Source: Bugula neritina (Eukaryota > Animalia > Bryozoa). Taken from it: a stretch of DNA of 64,000 nt. The notes under the pieces are model-generated. The model did not search any database. It was not told the DNA's origin and saw nothing but the letters and a program-made list of their open reading frames with translations. The position numbers and the translations under genes are program-made. The stretch lies in the NCBI GenBank assembly GCA_964035545.1, contig OZ037770.1:6644729-6708728 (forward strand). Reading direction: 5' to 3'. Below are positions 53,761 to 64,000 of the stretch, piece after piece. Positions within the stretch are counted from its first letter, which is position 1; the number at the start of each line of letters is the position of its first letter.

Positions 53761-56700
53761 TCAGGATATGGCGGTGACAGATGAGAATTCAACCCTTTCT
53801 TGCATAGTAAGTAATCTGAGCACATAGACAGAGACAAATTGCAGACACAACTATCACTAGCTATGCCAGAAACAATAACACCATGACCATGAAGTGTCTT
53901 AGAACATGTAATACCAGCTCTTGCTGAGTTTAAATACAAAAATAAAAGTTTACAGATATTTGATTGAAAAATCACAAACTTGTTTGAAAAGTACTTATCA
54001 AGTATCATAGATGATCGTCTCTCAAGAATGTTATGTCTGGGCAAAAAGCAATCAAGACAAATTAGTTATACAGGCCTGACTTGGTTAAGAAGTAGAGATT
54101 CCAAACAGCATGGAGTCCATTGAAAGGATATTTTCTTAGGTGCTTGAGCACTATGGACTTTGAAGTAGAATCTCGCATCTCTTGTACTACACATCTTTAT
54201 CTGTTTAATACAAAATACAGCGCACATTACATACAAGATAGGAGTAGACGTAGTTATATAAGGTAGCGTAGTAACTTGTATTATAATCAACACTTTCTAC
54301 AATATTATGAGACTCTATGCTACTCTCCCAACAGAGCTACTGTTCACATATTCCGAAGAGCATCATAGACTGTGTACCCACTATAGTCTTGATTGAGAAG
54401 GGGGGATAGAAGCCCGAAGTTGCAATGCTACCTCTCTTACAGTATGAAGGCTTAGGAGAAACAATAAATGATTATTTAAGATATAATACATGAAATACAG
54501 CTGATAACTTGGTAAATGTATTTTTACAGCATTGGCAAACTTGAAGGTTACTAAATTCAAGCAGCATAAGGCTTTGTACAAAAGTGCATTCTACAGCATA
54601 AGGCATTATACAAAGGTGTATTCTACAGCATAGAGAAGCAAAACAGACAAAGATTATTTGGATATTATTCAACTCCAAATAACAAGCCTAGATGACTCCT
54701 ATATGCTACATGCTCCCCTCTAACCCGACTTGTGGTTACACACAGAAGTTGGCAAAAATCTTGTTTCATAACCAATAAAAAGAAGTTTAACATGTGAAGT
54801 GGAGTAGCAAATAGCAGAATAATATATTGAAAATATATTGAAAATAAGTAGGCATTGATTATCTACGAATAAGAATGTTTTTTGACAATAAAAACAGTAT
54901 TTATAACAATTGTTATTTGAAACACTACTATTACACGAGACTCACTGTTATATTCTACTAACGGTTCAACACCAATGATAGAATGTCAGTTCATGGCAGC
55001 TTCCTTGGTAACATTCCAGCCAGTAGAGTTTGTCACTCTCCGCCATCTTGATTAGATGGTCACCGCATTGTGATACATAACAACTAGCCATATGAAAACA
55101 CAGTAACAAACCTTCTGCAGAATCAGGCTTGGTAAGCTCTGTCAAAACAGTAAAACACTTTCACAAAACAATGTTGAGAATACAGATGAGTATATTTATG
55201 AGCTACTTGAAACAAAATAGATTATTAGAGCATTTTAAATTTTCAAGTTAAAACAGAAATATAAAATTTACGGTGAAAAGATGCAAATATTTCATAGAAC
55301 TCATGAGGTGAAGCTTAAGCTGTTATATATTATAATATATCACACTCAACCTGTTTAATGATAGAACAGACACCCATCTTTCTGCACAGTTCTCTGCATT
55401 ACTCCTCAGAGATGGAGTTACACGTGATCCTATTAATAGTCTGGAGTGGGGTGTCATGAAACTCATATCTAAGATTACCAAAAGTTATCGAACCTTTAAA
55501 AATAGAACAGAGACTAGTTACAATAAGCTGCAATATTTTGCCAAAGCTAAAGCCCACATAAAAGTATTTTAGCACAGGCTGCTAGCGTAAACTGTGCACA
55601 GGCTGCAAAATATTTTATTGTGGATTACATGCTGTCAAAATACTGAAAAATACCATGGAAAGGTTGGCTGATCAGCACGGAAAATGGGCTCGCTAAAGCT
55701 CACATGTTTCAGTTTCGCATTTTGAAACTAAAGACTGAAGCAATGCTTATGAAATCTCAGAATAAATGTCACAGCTTATACCGTATCAGCAGCTAAGACT
55801 ATGTTGGTGAAACAGAATTATGCAACTAGTTTCCACTGGACGTTGACAAACAAGAAAATGATGAAAATACATCAACTGTACAGAGCAGCTATGCTGAACC
55901 ATAATGGATATCTGGACAATACAAGCAGCATCTTCAATTCTATCAGCTTTGTGGGGAAAGATAACTCCAGTTGCCTCGTGAAATAACCTATGATGTGCTG
56001 CTTATATAAACAAAGAGAAGATACAGACAGTACCTCAGTTAACAAGCCTTGGCGATATACTCTGAACCGCCACTGTATTTAGTGTGCTTTACTGTCAGTC
56101 TTGTTGGTATCTTGTAAATCAGCAATGAAGTGGGTTACTGGTTACTCCCTACCCCCCCCCCTTTGCCAGTAGAATGATTCAGGATTGCAGGCTATAAAAG
56201 AGTCACCTCCACTTGTATAAACTCTGTTCATCAAATACCTGAAACATTCACACAGCACAAGTCAGGCACACATGGCAGCTACACTTATGCGTTCTCTATG
56301 GTTTATACTAGAAATATAAAATATATTATTGCTGCTTCACATGGATATATTATCTAACAGCAGAATCGGCTCCTGCAGAATAACACAATTCTATTGTAAT
56401 ACATAAATTAGTTAGGTTGCTCTTTCACCAATATTGAGTAATAACTCTGATATACTAAGAGCTGAGACTCTCTCTATCAGAGAATTAGTAGGCAGTCATT
56501 TACAACACTTTAGACAACTGAGTGTACAACACCAGTAGCATCTATTCCACCCACCATGATACTTCGACCCACTAGTATCTTCAACTATGAAATCATGCAG
56601 GGGTATATTTTATTCAATTTACTCTGGTTGAATGCATTTTCATCATACCTGAACCAAATACAGGCTCAAAGTTGCTGGAAAATTATCATTTACACAAATT

Positions 56701-57700
56701 TCATCCTAATAACACAGAGTAAAACAAGTAATTAACCAATACGCTGAGATATACCTTGATAAAGCAGAGATAACAACAATGCACAAGTATGAATTGTACA
56801 TATTACACTGTGCTTTACAATCAGTTGAACAATCAAATAGACTAGTCACTAGACATCCACTTAGAGCATGTTTCTCATCAGAGCTAGCTGCTTAGACTCA
56901 CTACGTTTCCATTATCCATTATCACATTATGCAATGGATTTTTTTCATTCAGCTAATGAAGATAGTTTAGTCAAATGAAACCATGAAACCTCAACTATAA
57001 ATTAATGCAAATCACGATTAATCCATACAGGCATTCATTCCCATAATGGGCATTCATGAAAATGCAGTGACTGCTATAGCTTTTACAACTATCGGAATAT
57101 ATACTCTGTGACCACTACTGATAGAATGTGTAATGTGAAGTATACAGTCTTTGGAGATGATCTTTTAGCCAATAAATGACCTCTCATCTCTCCATGCACT
57201 CTGTGAAGTAAGTTGTTACACAGACATTACTATGCATAAATTTACTGATGAACAATTGAACTATTACTCTTGAAGGTAAACCAATTATTAAGATAAATAT
57301 ACAAAACAAATACTACAGTTCAAACACTATTCAGTTTGAAGTTTCTAATTTTCAACTAGCTGAGATATGCTAGTCCTCACATAAAGTATGAAGTGGTGTG
57401 TGACACAAGCAGTGCTGAGTTTAATTGTCGTACAGATAACCATCTAAAGTGAATGAGGCTGTTAAGAAATGGCTTAGACCTTAGATGATGGAGATTGTGA
57501 AGTTGAAAAACCAAGAAATAGCTGAAAGGCAGCTAGAAAGGCAAATGAAGATAACTCCTACATCTGCTCTTGATCAGGACAAGATAACTCCAAACGCAGG
57601 ATGAGAAGTACATGCGGTAGACATTCTTCAAAGACGTCAAAATCAAGAATACCAAAAATACAGTGAAGAATCTGAGACATTGTTCCCCAGTCAAAAGTAG

Positions 57701-57857
57701 TTGATACATACTATATATGTGTGACACTATATTGATACATACTGTATATGTGTGACACTATATTGATACATACTGTATATGTGTGACACTATATTAATAC
57801 ATACTATATATGTGTGACACTATATTGATACATACTGTATATGTGTGACACTATATT
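57701..57857. repeat. 31-bp minisatellite (TTGATACATACTGTATATGTGTGACACTATA), ~5 copies
   Basis: Read directly from the sequence. Confidence 0.93.
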
Positions 57858-58660
57858 GCACGGGCTATTTGATAGGTTAAATCATTACTATGCAGTTAGA
57901 GAAAATTGAATATGTAGCATTGTTTTCTCGCTTGTGTTTGTACAATATCATGTGTATAAACATGTATATAATATACCTAATAAATTATGTTGTGTCGCCA
58001 GAGTGATAAGGTGTTGAGGTTTGGGGTTCTGGGAGAAAGTTAAAGAGTTATAAGAATGAACATTTTCCACACAAATGTTATGTTAAGACTAAAAGCTACC
58101 AATTTGTTATTACACACTAGAAACAACTCACTCAGAATACAAACAGAAACATATTTAGCCATGTTGTAAACTAGTAATTGGCATTTTAGAATGAACCCAT
58201 TAGTTTTAAAAACTTTCCCACACATCATTTGGCAACATCAAGGATCATTCATGTAATGTGAACTAGCTTAATACAGGCTGGCCTTTGGTTTATGATTATC
58301 TCCACTTGTGTTTGACTATGCAGTATTCCTAGTGTGACCACCAGATTGGTAAACCAAGTAGGGGCATATAGATTCTCCCAACAAAACACAAAACTGATGA
58401 ATTTTTCTAACATTGAAATATCTGTATATATTGTATTACAGGAGTTAAAAAATATTGTAGAAATTGATTCACAATAAATTCCTACATGACACAATCCACA
58501 CTAATTCTGCCAACAATAGGCTAATATGGAGCTCCTCAGGATACTCCAACACTGGTTAAGAAAACTATGCACTGAGCAGCATCTAATGCAGTGTACATAC
58601 ACATATAACTTTCTATCATCTAAATTACATCCTAGCCTGGGCTCTCAGTGTCCACAATAA

Positions 58661-59091
58661 AGTTGTGTTTTATACCTCTGCTGAAAAATTACCGAGTTTC
58701 ACTTATTCTCACTCATCCAAGTAACCGTTTATAGTTTTACTGGAAATCGTTGAAATCATATTGATGAGGAAATATGACTCCCTTAATCGCTATTTGATGC
58801 CCTTTGAAACGTTGTAAATTAGTAAAGTTAACAGCATAAAAGCAATAATTGAGAAGGTGTAGGTGATATAATTATTAACATATAATTGCGTCATCTAGTC
58901 GCCAAAGTCATAATTAAATACTGATATTTACTAGGAGTTATTATTCCTTTTGATTATTATTCTGAAATCGGCCAAGTTAGCAATCCCAGTAAAAAAATAT
59001 TGACGATTGGCTTTTACAATGCAACTCGGAAAAATTTCAAGTCGGCCAAAGTGAATTTCTGACTAAAAGTCGTGAAGGTGTAAACACAACT
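58661..59091. mobile_element. MITE with imperfect TIRs and TAA flanks (Harbinger-like)
   Basis: TAA|AGTTGTGTTTTATACCT ... AAGGTGTAAACACAACT|TAA; second copy at ~45965-46250. Confidence 0.65.
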
Positions 59092-61729
59092 TAAGGGCGG
59101 TATTTCTTTATAGTTACCAAAATTAGTAAAGTGTATAATTGAAAAAGTAGATTGGCAAGCTAATTTGAATTTCAGTTTTTTCATGTAACCTTTCTTTAAA
59201 AAGAAACATTATCGCTTAGCTAGAAAATACGACTGACATATTGTCTATGCAGCGTATAGGAGTGTTGGCATAGTAAACTCACCTGATAGCCACCTTGTCT
59301 GGTGAAGGAGAAACCATTTCTCACAGTCTACACTTTCTACCAGTCTAATCATGAGCCCAGATACGCATGTAGAAGGGGGAACCTTATGCTTCCTAAAAGA
59401 CAGTAGAATATATTGTGGAACTGAGGGTATGATAGATGATTATATTATACACTTGGGAGTGGCAGGTATTTGTAGTGAGATAACCTAAACCTCAACTGTC
59501 CATCCTTCGTATTGTGCAGCTTCAATCACTGAGCCTCTCACATAATAAGAGACAAGCCGATGAAGTATACAGAGAATGGGGAATCTTTCACCCAAACCAC
59601 AATTGTTCATCTCAGTTTTTGACCCTTTGCATTTGGTAGTTTTCATTTACTGGGTATGAACTAAGCGACTTCATCGCATACCTTACTCGACTGATGGAGC
59701 ATTTTTTGATGAGAAATAAATAGCCAGTCAATCTTATTTATGATCAAGAGGGTCAGATAGGGTGCTTATTCAGTGCTAGATGTTTCATAATTGTAATAAT
59801 GAAACTGCTGGAATGTTGGAGCATGTACGGATAACTTTTGATGAACGGCAATTACATGCAGCATGGGCTTACCTGTTCCTAAACTATTAATACTACACTA
59901 ATATAATATAGAAAGTGTCATGTGTAATGTGCACAATATGAGAGTGCCATGGAAAACAGACAGACACACCTGAGTACACATTGTCATCTGGAATGACATC
60001 ATAACTTCCTGGTGTTCTCAATCGATAATCTAATTACACCATTTTTTGAAAATTTCTCAGAGTTACTCTCTTCCTTATCCGCTTCCGCCTCAGTTCTCTT
60101 CCTTCTCTACAGAAAACAACACAGAAACCTATTAGTATTGCTGACTCTATGCTGCCAGAACATGTAGGGGGACATTAGTTAGTCTGTAAACCAGCTGTAA
60201 TCAGCCAAACCACTGTCCTCATACTATCTATACTGCCACAAACCTATGTACTGCTCTGAAATAGTCATATTACTGTTGGTATTACTGTAGTCACAAATAT
60301 TCTTATAGGTTTCTTGATAATGAGCTTGTTTATTACTAGATATTAAAAGTAACAGTGTATATGGATCATATTGAGGTATGACTCCAATTATAATAAATCT
60401 GATAAATATTGATAGTAAGGAGATAAGTTTTTACTTAGTAGTATGTTTTAAAAACAGAAAGTCAATAGTGTAGTTCCAACCGGTTCAGATGTGCAGGTGA
60501 GAGGCTGAATAGAGAGTGTACTAAGCATCCACTCTACACTATGCAGGGTCCCCTCTCAAGCACATGCAATACAACAGAAACTAATAGTTGCAATTGCATT
60601 TCTCATGCTACTGCAACTACAAATAAGTTTATCAAAATGCGACTACTTTTATTATTAAAACAATAAGAAGAATTGTACGAAATTAAGAACAAACTAGATA
60701 GGTATAGACGGCTTTGTATTTTTCAAAAATGTAGATTATTTACTGATCGCCCAGATTGACTTTGTGTATTTATAGCTGTGCTAACTACACATTGTAATGG
60801 CAAGGAAGGGGTTTGGGGTGTTTAAAGTGTCCAATAGTAGTACTACATCAAAGTAATCAGCAATGTCAAGTTTTTTATAGGCATCTAGTTCTACAATTGA
60901 ACTATGCAAATCTTAATATAAATTCAACTTTAAATTCAGCACTATTCCCAGCAATTGCACTAGTTTCTACTAGCCTTCTTAAAACTAAGTTTACAGTCTA
61001 AACTATAAAGCATTAACTTTAAGCAAATGACCTGCTAAATTTCAGAGATCAAAAAGAAACTTAAACTGGTTGCATTTCCTCAGGCAGAACAAGTGTGGGG
61101 TACTTGAATAACAGTAATTTGCTAATAGCAATAATTATTACTTAAGGAGCTGTTCGAATGGGTTGCGGTTTTCCTTCCTATGTGACTTTTTCATGAGGCT
61201 AGTGAAAAATCCATTCGCATAATGCAAACCATGGAAACAGGACTCTATGCATATAGATGTAGATGACTCCCCTGTTTCAGTACGTCTACCTGAAGCCAGA
61301 TCTTATGGAAAAGTGACCGCAGTTAGCTTCTGGGTACAATGTTAATTTTCTGCCAGTCAGCTTTATGTCAGCTAGCTCAAAATAGATTGTTACATTTACA
61401 GGAGATATATAATAAACTTTATACTAACATTATCAAGATGAAGATGGTTGATATGCCATAACATTAACTGCATAGTTACAGTGTCAGCTATTCACAAAAG
61501 AAAGTGTAATTAGAACAAAACTAAGAAATTGTTATAGGGAATGAACAGCTGGAATGGGATCTCACTCTCATATGCTTGGTCCTAGCTTGCATCCGATGGC
61601 GATTGAAAATCACTGAATGTCTATGTTTCTATGAAGTAAAACGTAGCACCAAAATTTAGGTAACCTAGATCCCACCACTGTCCATGGCACAACATAAAGT
61701 GATAATGACAATCATAATTAAATTGAATA

Positions 61730-62030
61730 ATGATAAACTAAAATTTAAACTAAAGTTAAGTATAAATTTAAACTTAACGTTAAAGTATATTCAAACTTAA
61801 TGTTATACTTATAGTTATAGTTATACAATATTATATTCATATTGTATACCTATAAGTATAAGTATAACATTATGATTAAGTTCAACTAATAGTAATACTA
61901 TTACTAATAGTAATACTATAACCATAACGATAAGTATAAAGTAATACTAATAGTTATACTTATACTATAACTTATACTCATAGTTATAGTAAATGTAATA
62001 GTCATACTCATAGTCATAGTGTGAAGTTCA
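61730..62030. repeat. AT-rich low-complexity tract of degenerate hexamers (AGTTAT/AAGTAT/AATACT)
   Basis: Read directly from the sequence. Confidence 0.7.
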
Positions 62031-62919
62031 AGTATGAACATTTTTCCGACGAAGAATGCATAGCTCTTGCTGTGTTTGATATAACTGTGATGCAAGATAA
62101 CGTTTAACGTTAAATTATAACTCCACCTACGAAATTTGAGATATAGAGGGTGAAATCAGTAAGTGACGCGTTTGCAGAAGTTAGCGCTGCTGAGAACATT
62201 GCTCTAGCTGTTAGCTTCTGGAACTGGGCATAAACTATGATGAGGAAAAGCTACTGGTGTTAAACTGTTCCGAATAACCTACCGCAGCAAAGCAAAATTA
62301 TAGATATTACTGAGTTGTTTTTCGAGGGACAAGAATGCTGTGGTGTATCACTATCTAATATCCGGTAAATTGGGCTATCCCAATAAGTGAATAACTATTA
62401 GAATACGCATGTGGTGTTTGCGTACGTTCAGATTGAGATTGTCATTGTGATATTAAGTAGTTTTCATCCCAGGTACACGATTCCCGGTTAGATACTATTA
62501 GTAAAATAGTAGTTTACTATTTATTTATGTTGATGCAATATGAATATAATTAAATCATATATTATGTATTTTATGTGCAATTTTTTTAATAAAGTACGTA
62601 TTTTAATTTAATGTTTTACTTTTACTTTTAGTAGTACTACTACTAGTACTACTTTACTACTACTAGTAGTAGTACCGGTACGGGCTACGGTGAGTCGGAT
62701 AATCATAATAATTGATGATAATGGTTATTTATTCTATGTGTAAATCAATGCGTGCCTCTTTACCTCTTCAGTCTTCTTCTTTAGTACGCACTAGTGACTA
62801 GAGCATGTACTTCAACTTGTAGCAAGAGGCACGCCCCTACAGTTTCCGATTACAGGCCAGCAAGTATTTTCAGTGCGTTTTGCACATATGCAACTCTGGT
62901 GTATTGACTAATTATTTAG

Positions 62920-63245
62920 CATAGATTTAAGCTCCCGGACTGTTTTGAAAGGAAGCTGCTGTAGCAGGCTGCTGATTTTGCCTGCTTAATGCCCTAGTAG
63001 ACCTAGTGGCTAGTATTTTGGATTTTACTGTTGATCAGTTCATTATAGAAGTTGTTTAGCGATTCATGACTTCCCTCATTACATAGAAGTCGCAACAGTA
63101 ACTTATGCCTCAGCTTGAAGCGTCTGTCAGCAAGAGTTTCTAGGTTTAGTTTGTCACGTACCGCAGTGATACTGTCTCTGCCTTTCAATTTAGCAATGAA
63201 TCTGATTGATTGCATTATTTTGCACCTGTTCTCTATCTTTGATGA
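62920..63245 (-). mobile_element. CR1/L2-group LINE 3' fragment (post-RT C-terminus)
   Basis: IRFIAKLKGRDSITAVRDKLNLETLADRR..LRHKLLLRLL followed by a frameshifted ...TVRELK tail, typical of the CR1/L2 ORF2 end. Confidence 0.75.
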
Positions 63246-64000
63246 GGTATTGCAAACTGAGATCCCAAACTTCCCAAACTTACACAATTAGTTTTATTAC
63301 GGTGTCACCAATTAAATTTTTACCTGCTTACTAATGAACTTGGAAACTACAAAACCAAGCCCAATAATTGTGATTCTCGAAGTTGCATAGATACCATGAC
63401 TACCCACCAAAAATCATCGATGTTTTACTATTAACTAAATTTTAGTTATTCAACAAACATCCGTACTACTTAAAGTTTATTAGCCAACATAATATTATCT
63501 TTTTATCGAAATTCTAATTGAAACAAAAAATCCTATTACAAACTACAATGAAAATAGCCTAATAATTATCATTGCATGTATAATTTGGTTGTTATAATAA
63601 AAATGCTTATTATTATCATGCACATCATTATTTTCAAACTTGAACTATAAAACGAAGAACTCTCATTAGTATTTATAGTACGATGCTATTTCGAATAGTT
63701 TGACTCAATTGGTATAATTTCGTCAAATAAATAATTTGATAAAGAAATAAATATTTCATAAACCAGGTTAATACTTGTGAGTTAAGATGCAGAACTTTTT
63801 AGCTTTGTGCTTAAAGTGTCTTAATTCCACTACATCTAACTTAGGCCTTGTGCTCGAAACTTTGATAACTCACTAGAAGTAAATGAACAGCCATGGCTGC
63901 AAAGTTTTTTTTAAATTGTTCTTTAAAATGATATTGTAAAGATGTGAGTGAAATTGTACGTACTTGTAACTTGTATGTACCACTGTACAGCATGATGTAA

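Larger units (their letters stand above)
54985..60106 (-). pseudogene. Possible decayed multi-exon gene (Cys/Trp-containing extracellular modules)
   Basis: Several GC-richer blocks bounded by AG...GT on the minus strand (~60106-59970, 59393-59283, 57199-57030, 56238-56034, 55494-55351); the most protein-like frames often contain stops. I could not build a continuous frame. Confidence 0.25.

Overview
AT-rich, intron-containing eukaryotic DNA, by inference an invertebrate animal; there are no prokaryotic operons, CRISPR arrays or recognisable rRNA/tRNA genes. Splicing GT-AG junctions by hand gives five gene models: (1, 2) two tandem minus-strand SLC16/MCT-like MFS transporter paralogues, 1345-4856 (last exon not found in the window) and 9058-15342 (complete, 9 exons, 469 aa); (3) a tentative 4-exon minus-strand gene with no recognisable domain (23648-26142); (4) a 2-exon type II membrane glycosyltransferase with two tandem GT32/DXD-type modules (35062-37980, minus); (5) an 18-19-exon type I membrane LRR protein with no TIR domain (39363 to ~51060, plus). 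The rest holds a decayed Academ-like DNA transposon with a nested RTE LINE fragment, a probable solo LTR, several MITEs, LINE remnants and many mini/microsatellites. The most unusual signals are tandem repeats seeded exactly on splice junctions, including a triplicated acceptor in front of the LRR transmembrane exon. Also notable are the pseudo-catalytic plus catalytic double GT32 architecture, the altered TM8 residues of both MCTs and patchy near-identity between the MCT paralogues. I cannot support a claim of a wholly new biological system. All family assignments come from motif recognition, not database searches.
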